Translations under genes and position numbers: made by a program
Shown here: piece after piece, positions 33,887 through 44,241 of the stretch
Numbering within the stretch: the first letter of the stretch is position 1
Layout of the letters: each line of letters begins with the position of its first letter
Notes under the pieces: generated by a model
The model's input: the letters and a program-made list of their open reading frames with translations, nothing else
What the model was told of the DNA's origin: nothing
Database searches by the model: none
IMG/VR virus record: IMGVR_UViG_3300046758_000611
Location: 64,001 to 128,000 of that record
Length of the DNA: 64,000 nucleotides
DNA from: a virus
Strand: one strand, 5' to 3'

Positions 33887-36324
33887 AGGTTACACAAGTT
33901 AGAGGAGTAGAAAGTATCATCCATTTGCTTAATTTCATCTAGTGTGAAATGACTTCCTCTAAGTGTACCGTTGAACTTGAAAGCAATACAACATGACGCA
34001 CGACCATCTGGTTCATTTGCATTTAGTGTTAACCTAATTGTTTTTCCTACCAATGATTCAGTTGCTCCGATTTCAATTAATGTAAATCTTGGATCATAGT
34101 CTTCCGATGTTCTATTTAAATCCGGATATGCGTGTTTTGTTGCGAGTGCACTGTTGTCGTAAATTGTCATGAATCTAGGTTCATTACCGGCCGGAAGGTT
34201 TCTTGGGTAACATAGTTGCATATTTTCTCTCATGTTTTTCCATGATACAATCATTTGACTTGTTTGGTCTATTTGTGAGAAATTATATGGTGATTTACTT
34301 GGATCAAATGTATAAAATCTTGGATCAATATTATTTCCAATTATGTCAATGTGACTTGGATCTAATATTTCAAGTATAGCAACCTCTGTTCCAGAACCCT
34401 CGGATGTAGTTGTTGATATAATGTTGTATGCGGTTTCTGGTTCACAACAAGAGGTACTATCACAGGTAACTGAAATTTCCTTTTGTGGTATTACTCTATT
34501 TGCCCAGTGGTTTGGATGAAGTTCAGAACCATCTCCGTTTACCACCTTTAGTTTAACAGGACTTGTTGTAATCCCCTCGTTTGTGTCTGTTGCAGGGAAA
34601 ATTTCAACTTCAGGTGCACCGTTCGTGAGTTTAAATGATGTAATAATTGGATTATCAAGTTCTTCACTGCTTATTTCAACAAATAGGTTTTCTGCCATTT
34701 CTATAATAGCATTACATTCGTGTGTAGAGGTTGCGTAATTAGCAATTGGTTCGTATGTATTTGTGCTTGGATTTAGTCTCAACCCATATCCTTTGTTTGC
34801 ACCTAGAATCTGATATGGACCAGACTCAAGATCAACACACGCAGATGAACTACTTCCTTCACAATCAACGCATTGATTTATAATTTCCTGCTCAGTTGGA
34901 TTAAATAAATTGTTATTGAGTCTTGTATTCTGTGTGCCAAGTTTAATGTTAAAGATAGCACCATCCGTAATATCGTTCATTTCAGATTCTGCCAAGATAA
35001 CTTCACCTGCACTTGACTCTGGTGATGTTACATATGTATTCTCAATTTCAGGTTTATCGTTTATGATTTCTTCGTTGCTTACAGTTCTACAATATTCGTC
35101 TACAACAAGATTCGGAATTCTTTCCACGGCAGGATGTTCCTCCATTATTTTTAGTCCATCGAGCAGAGTATTGTTGGGATTCATAATAGGAGTTGTTTTT
35201 ACCGCAACCCTAAGTTTTCCAACACCGTTAATTCCGTTTCTTCGTATATCCGGATTCGTACTTGCTACTCCGTATTCAGTTGATGATGCAATTATTTCTG
35301 CCTCCCAGTAGTTACAAGTTTCACTCGATGTGCCTTGTTGTGCAGCTGCTTCCTGTGCGGTACACAGTTCACCAATTGGTATATATCTTGTATAAACCTC
35401 CTGACCCTGTAGTTCGTCTCTAGGACCTACCATTCTGTCATAATCAAGTTGTATGAATAGGGGATAACGACTTGACAATGTTCCGATGTTGGTAACACGT
35501 ACTCTCCAACCACCATCAATAACTTTGGTTGTAATTGAGTATTCCTCACGCAGTTCACGACCACCGGTTGGTGATCCAGTTAGAGGACGATATGATAATA
35601 CGACTGCTTCCTTTTTTCCTGTTGCTAGGATTAGAGGTTTACTTATTGCAGGTTCAAGTGTTGTTACATTATTCGCAATTCCGTAAATACTTACTGCGTC
35701 TGGAAATGAACCATCCCATAAATAATAAACTTGCCCTGGATATAGGTCGTTTGATAATTTGTCGGAAAATGAAATCCTACCCGCCATTACAATTGTTGCA
35801 TTAAAGTTAATGGTGTCTCCGTTTTCGTCAAGTTGCTCTTGTTGCTGGGTTCCGTGACAATCTACCGAAACACTTTCAACAACACCCACAACCTCAATGA
35901 GGTGTTCCATGTCAAGTTCATTGTTAATGTCAATTGCAGCCATCGCAAGATCATATCCACCAGTTCCGTTGTTTAGTTGTGGATTCCAACGAACCGCATC
36001 ACCCACTTTGGGGCATTCGTAGTCAAGGTTCACCTTGATTGCAATTCGGTCAGACTCAAGTCCGTGTCTTTGAATTTCACGAGCAACCTCCTTGCGAATT
36101 ACTTCGTTTAGATTCTGAGGAGAACCTAAATTTGGCACTATATCTGTTGTGAGGTAGTCTTTTAGGTTTACCAACTCTTGTTGTGTGAGTTCGTTTTGCG
36201 AAACCCAGTTTACGTTTATCTGATCGGTAGATACATTTAGTCCACATGAACCACTTCCACCGGAAGCCGACCCACCGAAATTTTGACATCCTCTTAAGTT
36301 AAATGCTGATCTGTAGTTTCCCAT
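33883..36324 (-). CDS. virion decoration/fibre-like protein
   Basis: VGDAVR..YDLAMA..EVVGVV..GQVYYL..SKPLILATG module shared with 36733..38514; Cys-rich C-terminal half. Confidence 0.55.
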   Translation of the reverse strand: MGNYRSAFNLRGCQNFGGSASGGSGSCGLNVSTDQINVNWVSQNELTQQELVNLKDYLTTDIVPNLGSPQNLNEVIRKEVAREIQRHGLESDRIAIKVNLDYECPKVGDAVRWNPQLNNGTGGYDLAMAAIDINNELDMEHLIEVVGVVESVSVDCHGTQQQEQLDENGDTINFNATIVMAGRISFSDKLSNDLYPGQVYYLWDGSFPDAVSIYGIANNVTTLEPAISKPLILATGKKEAVVLSYRPLTGSPTGGRELREEYSITTKVIDGGWRVRVTNIGTLSSRYPLFIQLDYDRMVGPRDELQGQEVYTRYIPIGELCTAQEAAAQQGTSSETCNYWEAEIIASSTEYGVASTNPDIRRNGINGVGKLRVAVKTTPIMNPNNTLLDGLKIMEEHPAVERIPNLVVDEYCRTVSNEEIINDKPEIENTYVTSPESSAGEVILAESEMNDITDGAIFNIKLGTQNTRLNNNLFNPTEQEIINQCVDCEGSSSSACVDLESGPYQILGANKGYGLRLNPSTNTYEPIANYATSTHECNAIIEMAENLFVEISSEELDNPIITSFKLTNGAPEVEIFPATDTNEGITTSPVKLKVVNGDGSELHPNHWANRVIPQKEISVTCDSTSCCEPETAYNIISTTTSEGSGTEVAILEILDPSHIDIIGNNIDPRFYTFDPSKSPYNFSQIDQTSQMIVSWKNMRENMQLCYPRNLPAGNEPRFMTIYDNSALATKHAYPDLNRTSEDYDPRFTLIEIGATESLVGKTIRLTLNANEPDGRASCCIAFKFNGTLRGSHFTLDEIKQMDDTFYSSNLCNL

Positions 36325-36325
36325 C

Positions 36326-36730
36326 TTATGAATTAAAATCTAAATTAAGTGTTTTTAGTGGTTTTTGTAGTGAAAGTTGCCATATAGGTTCTGTGTTGTT
36401 GTCTTCAAACAATCGTCTATATACATATATATTTTCAACTTTAGTATTTAGTTTACCATCTACAACATTTTGAGAAATATATGTTACATACGCATGATCA
36501 CCCTCTGAACCAAAACCATAAATCCCTTGCCATGGCCATACTGCATTTAAGTAGTTTTTTATTTGTACATCGTGGTGAATTTTCTTGGCAAGATTTTCTT
36601 CAACGAGATTTCCCTCAGAATCGTATGTTTCATCACCTGTATGTATGTGACACCCTTCACCTGTTTCTGTACACCCATAAAATGTGAAGTGTTTATATCT
36701 AAAATTTCCTATATCGTACAATGAACCCAT
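36326..36730 (-). CDS. hypothetical protein
   Basis: 134-aa ORF in the same operon. Confidence 0.6.
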   Translation of the reverse strand: MGSLYDIGNFRYKHFTFYGCTETGEGCHIHTGDETYDSEGNLVEENLAKKIHHDVQIKNYLNAVWPWQGIYGFGSEGDHAYVTYISQNVVDGKLNTKVENIYVYRRLFEDNNTEPIWQLSLQKPLKTLNLDFNS

Positions 36731-36732
36731 TT

Positions 36733-38514
36733 TTAAACCTTTCTCCAGTTGCCCCCTATTGTACCCACACCACCACTAATTTTTTGATATTTATAGTTAG
36801 TAATAGTTTTGGATGTAAAATTAATTAAAACAATATTTGCCAAATCGGACTCAGTTGCATCCTCCCATAGACTATTTAGTTGTTCACTATAAACAAGTTG
36901 AGTTTCGGAATCTGCCCAATCACTTACATGAAATGTGCGTTCTTCACTTTTAACACTAAAGCAGGTTTCTGTTTGAAATACTTCTGCTAAATTACAAGTA
37001 TCTATTGTGCTTGGGTATGTGGGACGATCAAGTAATACAATTCTATCATCGTCAATAGCATGAAATACAGGTTTTGAATAAGCACCAACACTTCCGTCAC
37101 CAGTTCTTCTAAAAAAGGGATTATGCAATGTACTGTTTCTAAATGGAGTTATTTCTCCAAAAATATCCTTAAATTGATCTTCTTGTTGTGGTGTGGTTAC
37201 ACTTTCAGGGAAAGAAGCACTTTCAGTTGGACTTAAATAATTGGATATTTCGTGTGATGTATAATCATAAATAGTATTTCTAACGATCCCCGTTTTTAGA
37301 TTTGGGTTAATATTAGATTGATTATTAATTTCATAAGCATCAAGGTAGTATGTATATCCTTTCTTAAAAATTTTATCTACTCCAGTTGGTTTGTCAAATT
37401 TTATCATCCCACTTGTTTGGATTTGAAAGTAGTCTGATGTGGCCACAATAACCATACCAAGAATTTCGGAAGCATATGCATCTTCACCATCAGGTAAATT
37501 ATTTGAATCTGTTTTCTGTGCGGCTGCGTTACTTAAAACATATGGTGACTCCCCTGTGGCAGCCCCAAGGTTGTCTGGTTTTACTATTTCAGGATTCTCA
37601 TCTGAATATATAACGATTCCATCTGAGTTGATTCTTGGTTGGTGGTTTCGTTTTACTCTTACAATATCTCCAACTTTTATGTCACTACATGATGCAGTAT
37701 ACTCTATAATAAACTTTTTTGCCTCTTCTTCGTCCCCTTCACATATGAGTCCACGATAGTTCACAATTACTCCAGATTGCTTTCCGGTTGCAATGAGCAT
37801 TGGTTTTGATACATGAACTCCGGTTGTTTGTAGTGAGGTTGATGGATCAAATTCAGCAAGACATCCTTGTGTACCTAGAAAATATGTTCTTCCGTCAACT
37901 AACTCACTCTGAAGAGGGGGTTCATTACCAGACAATGTTTCGTTTTCAATAAAGACAAGTTCTTCAAAGTCAATGTGACCATTGAATACAATGTTTATAT
38001 AGTGTTCTGTTTCAGATGAGTTTTCAGATTCAACCTGTTTAATCTTACGAATAATACCAACGGCTTCTGCACTATCAACATCACCAGATGTGGCCTTTTT
38101 GTATACAACCTGTCCTGTTGAAATAACCCCACGTGTAATTACGTCACCAACTCTGTAGTTCTCTATTGGATCAAAGTTTGAAATATTTACAGAAATCTCG
38201 GCTGCTCCAGGTGCATCTGTAAACTCTAGACCACTTGCGTCATCTTTGATTTTAATATACCCCCCTTCAAATCCTGTGTATTCATTGGGGACATCGGCAA
38301 GGTTCTTTAAGTTTATACCAACATCACCCTGTTGAAGTGTTGCGAGTTCCGATGCCAGAGTTGACGCCGATATTGCTTTAGTTTCACCGGTTGAAGATGA
38401 ACCATATGATGGAACAGCATCACGATCTACTACAAGTAAGAGATCATTAGATGATAGTGGATCTGAATCTCCTCCTAATAGTTTCTTTAAATCTGTAATT
38501 TTTTGGTTTGCCAT
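36733..38514 (-). CDS. virion decoration/fibre-like protein with two copies of the shared module
   Basis: MANQKITDL..DLLLVVD..ETKAI N-terminus typical of phage fibres; VGDV..EAVGII..GRTYFL..SKPMLIATG and VGDIVR..EILGMV..GYTYYL..SKPVFHA. Confidence 0.6.
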   Translation of the reverse strand: MANQKITDLKKLLGGDSDPLSSNDLLLVVDRDAVPSYGSSSTGETKAISASTLASELATLQQGDVGINLKNLADVPNEYTGFEGGYIKIKDDASGLEFTDAPGAAEISVNISNFDPIENYRVGDVITRGVISTGQVVYKKATSGDVDSAEAVGIIRKIKQVESENSSETEHYINIVFNGHIDFEELVFIENETLSGNEPPLQSELVDGRTYFLGTQGCLAEFDPSTSLQTTGVHVSKPMLIATGKQSGVIVNYRGLICEGDEEEAKKFIIEYTASCSDIKVGDIVRVKRNHQPRINSDGIVIYSDENPEIVKPDNLGAATGESPYVLSNAAAQKTDSNNLPDGEDAYASEILGMVIVATSDYFQIQTSGMIKFDKPTGVDKIFKKGYTYYLDAYEINNQSNINPNLKTGIVRNTIYDYTSHEISNYLSPTESASFPESVTTPQQEDQFKDIFGEITPFRNSTLHNPFFRRTGDGSVGAYSKPVFHAIDDDRIVLLDRPTYPSTIDTCNLAEVFQTETCFSVKSEERTFHVSDWADSETQLVYSEQLNSLWEDATESDLANIVLINFTSKTITNYKYQKISGGVGTIGGNWRKV

Positions 38515-38571
38515 TGATTAAGTTGTATCAGTATAAATATACATATATTTTTATATTTCTATAAATATAAT

Positions 38572-39315
38572 CTATTTTAAACTTTTTATCTTCTTAACGA
38601 TAAATTTCACAAGTTCACTACGAACAATGTCATCTTCGTTGAATTCAAAGCATCTAATTCCTTGCTTTTTTGATTCATCATCTGAAAATAATTTAGTTAT
38701 TTGCGTGAATCCACTTTTGTTTCCAATATCACTCTGCATATCATCACCACATATAAAAACTTTAGTATTTGGGCCTATTCTGGTTATTGTGGTTATAATT
38801 TCTTTTTCTGTTAAATTCTGTGCTTCATCAATTAAGATAAATTTATCTTCCCAACTTGCACCTCGCAGAAATCCAACTGGTATTCCATATATTCGTTCTT
38901 CACCCTGTAGGTATCTTACATCTACCGGTGATAAAAATTCTTGTAGTTTATCTTTAAATGGTTCTAGGTACGGTGCCATTTTATCATCCTGTGCCCCTGG
39001 TAGAAAACCCAACTTAGAGTCTGAACTTTCTACAGCACTTCTTATATAAACCATTTCAGATACTAATTGCTGATTCATTAATTCCAACCCACAATAAACA
39101 CTTATATATGTCTTGGAACACCCTGCAGGACCTGGTATAAAAACAATTTTTGTTTTTGGGTCAAGTGCTACATCTATAAATTTTTTCTGCTTGTCCGTGA
39201 ACTTCTTATGAGATATATTAAGTGGTCTTGAGAGTCTGTTGTTTTCAATAGACTCAAGTAAATGACATTCGTTAATTGTGTTTTTTGCAACTGTTTTGGA
39301 TTTTTTTCTTGACAT
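38572..39315 (-). CDS. phoH: PhoH-family ATPase
   Basis: GPAGCSKT Walker A, LGFLPG, FLRGAS, IDEAQN, ICGDDMQSD, DIVRSELV. Confidence 0.92.
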   Translation of the reverse strand: MSRKKSKTVAKNTINECHLLESIENNRLSRPLNISHKKFTDKQKKFIDVALDPKTKIVFIPGPAGCSKTYISVYCGLELMNQQLVSEMVYIRSAVESSDSKLGFLPGAQDDKMAPYLEPFKDKLQEFLSPVDVRYLQGEERIYGIPVGFLRGASWEDKFILIDEAQNLTEKEIITTITRIGPNTKVFICGDDMQSDIGNKSGFTQITKLFSDDESKKQGIRCFEFNEDDIVRSELVKFIVKKIKSLK

Positions 39316-39359
39316 GGTCTTGTTTAACTTTCATTCTATTAGCTAACTATTACTACTTA

Positions 39360-39668
39360 TTAGTCTTTAATATCTATTTCTACTATTTTTATTAATTTAT
39401 TTATAATATTACATTTTTCATATTCTTCAATAGAAACATAGTAGTCTAGTAAATTTTTAAGATTGGATATGTAGTTTTTCTTTTTAATTAGGATTTCCAA
39501 ATTAGTATCAGAAAACTTAAAAAAGTATATTTTATCGCATACGTCATTTTCTTTTATATGCTCACAGAACACTTTAAAAATGTGATCCATATATTCTGGT
39601 TTTCTCTTTTTTAAATCAATATCGAGGTCAGAATTGTTATTTGGTATTGTAAATTTTTCAGAACTCAT
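39360..39668 (-). CDS. hypothetical protein
   Basis: 102-aa ORF with EEYEKC (UVR-like) tail; ATACTTATA 4 nt upstream. Confidence 0.6.
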   Translation of the reverse strand: MSSEKFTIPNNNSDLDIDLKKRKPEYMDHIFKVFCEHIKENDVCDKIYFFKFSDTNLEILIKKKNYISNLKNLLDYYVSIEEYEKCNIINKLIKIVEIDIKD

Positions 39669-39705
39669 TATATATAAGTATATTACTTAACATTAAATTT
39701 CAGAA

Positions 39706-40113
39706 ATGGGTGTTTTTAAATTCTATAAAAATAAAAAAGATGACAATGAAGGTCAACAGTCTAACGAAAAAACAGACAATAAATCTAACGAGCCGTCTAA
39801 GCAATTAGAAAATAAATCTTCACAAGAACCAAACAAAACTTACTATGAATCGGAGTCAGAAAAGTTAGGTTTCAAGAAGTTGGCAAAGAATCTTTCACAA
39901 TCTTTGATTGCGTGGAACAAAGCAGGACGACCTATTGTTAGTACTACACAATGGGATTATCGTCTGTCTATATGTAGAGGATGTGAGTTCTGGCAAGAAG
40001 TTGGAAAAACTCAAATAGCACGTTGCAAGAAATGCGGATGCAGTAGTGGTAAACTTTTACTTGCTACAAGTTCATGTCCACTCAGTCCACCTAAATGGAA
40101 AGCATATAAATAA
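39706..40113 (+). CDS. Cys-rich putative metal-binding protein
   Basis: RLSICRGCEF..RCKKCGC..SCPL..KW. Confidence 0.65.
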   Translation: MGVFKFYKNKKDDNEGQQSNEKTDNKSNEPSKQLENKSSQEPNKTYYESESEKLGFKKLAKNLSQSLIAWNKAGRPIVSTTQWDYRLSICRGCEFWQEVGKTQIARCKKCGCSSGKLLLATSSCPLSPPKWKAYK

Positions 40114-40176
40114 TATAAAAAAGACTTTTTATAATTTTTATTAAAGAAAAGTAATATTAGTAAATATTTATGTATA

Positions 40177-40374
40177 ATGAATGATGCAAACTACAAATTA
40201 ACAACGGTAAAGGTCTTATCGGAGAATTACTCAAACTTCAAAGTTGATACCCTTAATACTGAAATGACATTACAGAAACTTGTAAATCGTGCTATTCACC
40301 TATACTTAAATGACGAAAAGTTTAAAAAGCAAGTAGATGAATCGGCACCAGTAACAAATAATTCAAAGTATTGA
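40177..40374 (+). CDS. small ribbon-helix-helix-like protein
   Basis: LTTVKV..YSNFK..TLQKLVNRAIHLY strand-helix-helix pattern. Confidence 0.55.
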   Translation: MNDANYKLTTVKVLSENYSNFKVDTLNTEMTLQKLVNRAIHLYLNDEKFKKQVDESAPVTNNSKY

Positions 40375-40375
40375 G

Positions 40376-40404
40376 TTGACATTGAGGTGGTGATTGCCTA
40401 CATT
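40376..40404 (+). promoter_or_regulatory. sigma70-type promoter, leaderless
   Basis: TTGACA-17-TACATT, 6 nt before GTG 40411. Confidence 0.55.
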
Positions 40405-40410
40405 GGGTAG

Positions 40411-41673
40411 GTGCGAAAAAGAAAAGTAGTTATAGTAAGTGATGATATAAGGTATCCATCTGGAGTATCTAATATAACAAAACAAATTATATTAGGAACT
40501 CAGAGTGATTTTGATTGGGTTCAAATAGCAGCTAATAGTACGGAACGAGAAAATAACACAGTTATTGATGTATCGGAGTCTGTTAAGTCAATTACAAAAC
40601 TGAGTGATGCTTATACTCGTTTGTATTGTACGCACGGGTACGGTAACTATGCAACATTTAATAAGGTAATAACAAGTGAGAATCCCGATTTACTTTTGCA
40701 TATGTCAGATCCACATTATTTTGATTGGATTTATGAAAATGAATACGAAATAAGAAAAAAAATACCAATAGGTTATTATCATGTGTGGGACAACTTCCCA
40801 TCTCCAACCTTTAATGAATGTGTATATAAAAGTTGTGACACGATTGCAACTATAAGTAAACTTACGAACAAAGTAGTAAAAGATATAATCGGTGAAGAGG
40901 TTTTAACTCAATATATTCCACATGGTGTTGACACCGACATATATAAAAAACTTGATGATAAAAATATTATTAATTGTCGTAAAAATTTATTAGACACAGA
41001 GTGTGAGTTTGTTCTATTTTGTAACAATAGAAATTTAAAAAGAAAACAATTACTGACTTTATTAGAATCGTATAATTTATTTTGCGATAAAATAGGACAT
41101 AGCAAAGCAGATAAAACTCTTCTCTTGATTCACACAAATCCAATTGGAAAGCACACATCGAATTTATATGAAGCATCTGAGTACATAAGCACACATGGAA
41201 ATGTGAAATTTTCCGAAACGGTGGTGTCGGAGCAAACACTCTGTCAAATGTATAATGTAGCAAATGTAACCATTAATATAGCAAGCAATGAAGGTTTTGG
41301 TTTATCAACATTAGAATCTCTTGCGTGTGAAACACCGATCATAGTTAACAAAACAGGTGGTCTGTCCGAGCAAATTGATGATAACAATTCATGGGGTATA
41401 GGAATAGAACCAACACATAAAGTTCTGAACGGAAGTCCAAAAGTACCGTTCATATACGAAGATTACACCAATAAAGAATCAACATCAGATGCTATTTTGG
41501 AGATGTATAATTACAGTGAAGAAACACGAAACGAAATGGGAAATGCTGGTAGAAAATTTATAAAATCAAACAATTATACATCAAGTGACATGATCCGTGA
41601 CTTTAAGAATTACATAAACACAACTATTGATAATTTTTCCCCAAGAAAAGACTATACAGTAACCAAATTTTAG
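40411..41673 (+). CDS. GT4 (GT-B) glycosyltransferase
   Basis: YIPHGVD, NRNLKRK, EGFGLSTLESLACETPII..TGGLSEQI. Confidence 0.88.
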   Translation: MRKRKVVIVSDDIRYPSGVSNITKQIILGTQSDFDWVQIAANSTERENNTVIDVSESVKSITKLSDAYTRLYCTHGYGNYATFNKVITSENPDLLLHMSDPHYFDWIYENEYEIRKKIPIGYYHVWDNFPSPTFNECVYKSCDTIATISKLTNKVVKDIIGEEVLTQYIPHGVDTDIYKKLDDKNIINCRKNLLDTECEFVLFCNNRNLKRKQLLTLLESYNLFCDKIGHSKADKTLLLIHTNPIGKHTSNLYEASEYISTHGNVKFSETVVSEQTLCQMYNVANVTINIASNEGFGLSTLESLACETPIIVNKTGGLSEQIDDNNSWGIGIEPTHKVLNGSPKVPFIYEDYTNKESTSDAILEMYNYSEETRNEMGNAGRKFIKSNNYTSSDMIRDFKNYINTTIDNFSPRKDYTVTKF

Positions 41674-41674
41674 T

Positions 41675-42862
41675 ATGAAAATAATTTTATTTGCACCTAT
41701 ATACTCAAGAAGTGGTTACGGAGATCACTCACGTGAAGTCGTAAGTTATTTATTAAATGATGATGATATTGATTTAAACATAGCACCAGTAAGTTGGGGA
41801 AAAAACTCTGATAGTTATTATACACATGAATCCGAACTTATACAAAAAATAAACGATAAAGTTATCACCACGATAAACGACAAACAATATGATGTGTGTA
41901 TTACAATAGGAATGCCAACTGAGTTTAAGCACATCGGTGACTACAATATAGGAATTACGGCCGGAGTAGAAACCACTAGAATTTCTAAAGAATTTATATA
42001 TCATTCAAACAAAATGGATTTGTTAATTGTTCCTTCTAATTTTACAAGAAATATTTTTGAAAAAACTAAATACATAAATGACTCCCAAAACGAACTATCT
42101 CTTACCTGTGAAATTCAAGTCGTACCTGAGTATGCTTCCCCTTTATTCTACAAAAAGAAAACGGACTTAAATAAAGATATATTAAAAGATGTAAAGGAAG
42201 ATTTTTGTTTTTTATCAGTTGGTCAGTGGATAAGTTCAGACACAGATGACGGTGGACGAAAAAACTTTGCATCTCTTATTGACACATTTGTGAATGCATT
42301 CAGACAACATAAAAATAAACCTGCACTCATATTAAAAACAAATGGATGTAATTATAGTATTACAGACAAAATCAAGGTTGAGAAAAAAATAAGAACCCAT
42401 TTGGAGTTATATGAAGAACGAGGTCGACCAAATGTATACCTTTTGCACGGTGACTTGAACGAACAACAGATGTATGACCTATATAACAACACCAAAGTAA
42501 AATGTTTCGTTTCACATACCAAGGGTGAAGGGTTTGGTAGACCTATGTTAGAGGCCAGTTTATCGGAGTTGCCTATAATTTGCCCAAAGTTTAGTGGGTA
42601 CCTGGACTTCTTAAACGATGATAACTCCACGTTAATAAACGGAAAACTGCTTGATGTCGGAGTTACGAACTCTTTATTTTGTGAAAACGCAAAGTGGATT
42701 CATGTAGATGAAGAAAAATCAAAAAACGCAATGATTGATGTTTATGAAAATTACAAAGTGTATAAAGAAAAAATAAAAAACCACACACCGTCACTTTTAA
42801 ATAACTATTCTATACAAACATCGCATAAAAAGTATAACGATATTTTTACAAAGTTGAAATAA
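41675..42862 (+). CDS. GT4 (GT-B) glycosyltransferase
   Basis: SGYGDHSR, GRKN, KGEGFGRPMLEASLSELPII. Confidence 0.88.
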   Translation: MKIILFAPIYSRSGYGDHSREVVSYLLNDDDIDLNIAPVSWGKNSDSYYTHESELIQKINDKVITTINDKQYDVCITIGMPTEFKHIGDYNIGITAGVETTRISKEFIYHSNKMDLLIVPSNFTRNIFEKTKYINDSQNELSLTCEIQVVPEYASPLFYKKKTDLNKDILKDVKEDFCFLSVGQWISSDTDDGGRKNFASLIDTFVNAFRQHKNKPALILKTNGCNYSITDKIKVEKKIRTHLELYEERGRPNVYLLHGDLNEQQMYDLYNNTKVKCFVSHTKGEGFGRPMLEASLSELPIICPKFSGYLDFLNDDNSTLINGKLLDVGVTNSLFCENAKWIHVDEEKSKNAMIDVYENYKVYKEKIKNHTPSLLNNYSIQTSHKKYNDIFTKLK

Positions 42863-42898
42863 ACTTTAAGACATAAACTTTTATATACTTATAGATGA

Positions 42899-43609
42899 AT
42901 GGACTACTATAAAGTATATTTAAAAAAATTGGTAGGTGGATTTTTGTCAACTACACCGACACGATTAAAACCTGGACAGATAGTTACCTTCAAATATCGT
43001 GACGATATTCCATCGAGAAGAAAATTAAGTCGCATGATATTGGTTCTATCTAGTCGTCCAGGTAAAAACGGAAAATTGATTCATGGAATATCATTACAAT
43101 TTATACCGTGGCAATTGTTTCGGTCATTTATGCAAAAGGTTATCACATTTGATACACTTTTACTAATTCAAAGAAGACTTGAAATACAAGCACCACTAAA
43201 TGAGTTCCTAGAGAAACCTATTAGTTTTTATAGTTCATATATTAAAAGATACTTAAAAAACTATGATTGTTACAGGACATATAGTTTATCCAAAATAACA
43301 TCACCACGCATATCATGCCTTGATTACTCAACCATGTTTCCAACGGGAAAAAAAGAAGAACGTGCATTGTTAGTAAATCGTAGAGATTCACTTAGTGACA
43401 TTTTAAAAGAACGTGAAGTTATTGAAAAATTATTAAAGTCCGATGAAAAAATTTCAATTGATAACAGAAACGCAAGACGAATGATTATTAAAAGATTCGG
43501 AAGTGTAGAAAATTTCTATGACGCAGTACGCAAACTAGATTCACTGGTTGATGACAATCAGGATGTAGATGATATATACAAAAGCATAAAATCAAATATG
43601 AAAAAATGA
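42899..43609 (+). CDS. hypothetical protein, possibly T4 gp2 DNA end protector-like
   Basis: PGQIVTFKY..ILVL..HGISLQFIP..CYRTY resembles gp2-type motifs; ATACTTATA upstream. Confidence 0.45.
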   Translation: MDYYKVYLKKLVGGFLSTTPTRLKPGQIVTFKYRDDIPSRRKLSRMILVLSSRPGKNGKLIHGISLQFIPWQLFRSFMQKVITFDTLLLIQRRLEIQAPLNEFLEKPISFYSSYIKRYLKNYDCYRTYSLSKITSPRISCLDYSTMFPTGKKEERALLVNRRDSLSDILKEREVIEKLLKSDEKISIDNRNARRMIIKRFGSVENFYDAVRKLDSLVDDNQDVDDIYKSIKSNMKK

Positions 43610-44241
43610 AACCCTCAATTAGTTTTGCCATAACCACACACAATGAATTCATTCAGTTAAAAAAATCTATTGATATTATAGAGAGATTTAAAGATGATTT
43701 GGATGAGTTATTATTTTTAGATGATTTTTCTGACAACGACAAAACATTGAAACTTCTTGAAAGTAGAAACACATTTAAACGTAAATTTGAAAAAGATTAC
43801 TCGGATCATAAGAATTATTTAAATTCATTATGCAATTGTGATTATATTTTACAACTAGACGGTGACGAAATATTAAGTCAAAAACTTATCGCAAATGTTA
43901 AAAATATAATAAAAGATAATTCAGATATAGATTTATTCTATATACCCAGAGCAAACTATGTTCAGGGTATAAATAAGAGTTATCTAAAACGATGGAATTG
44001 GAAAATGGATAATAAAAAAAGAATTAATTATCCTGATTTTCAAGGCAGACTTTTCAAGAATAATGAAAAACTATATTGGCATCGTTCCGTGCATGAAAGA
44101 ATTACGGGAAATAAAAATTTTAGCAAGTTACCATTAGATAACGATCTTGATATTATTCACGAAAAGCATATTCAAAAGCAAATCGCAAACAACAACTTTT
44201 ATTCGGAAAATTACAATCGTGACTGCACAAGAAAACAATAA
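43606..44241 (+). CDS. GT2 glycosyltransferase
   Basis: ISFAITTHNE, LDDFS, LQLDGDE, YPDFQGRLF, VHE. Confidence 0.85.
   Translation: MKPSISFAITTHNEFIQLKKSIDIIERFKDDLDELLFLDDFSDNDKTLKLLESRNTFKRKFEKDYSDHKNYLNSLCNCDYILQLDGDEILSQKLIANVKNIIKDNSDIDLFYIPRANYVQGINKSYLKRWNWKMDNKKRINYPDFQGRLFKNNEKLYWHRSVHERITGNKNFSKLPLDNDLDIIHEKHIQKQIANNNFYSENYNRDCTRKQ

Noticed and set aside
39316-39360. Pho box upstream of phoH
   Set aside because: No CTGTCAT-like direct repeats at 11-bp spacing
40114-40133. AT-rich imperfect palindrome upstream of the RHH-like gene
   Set aside because: Arms are unequal and it is plausible by chance at this AT content
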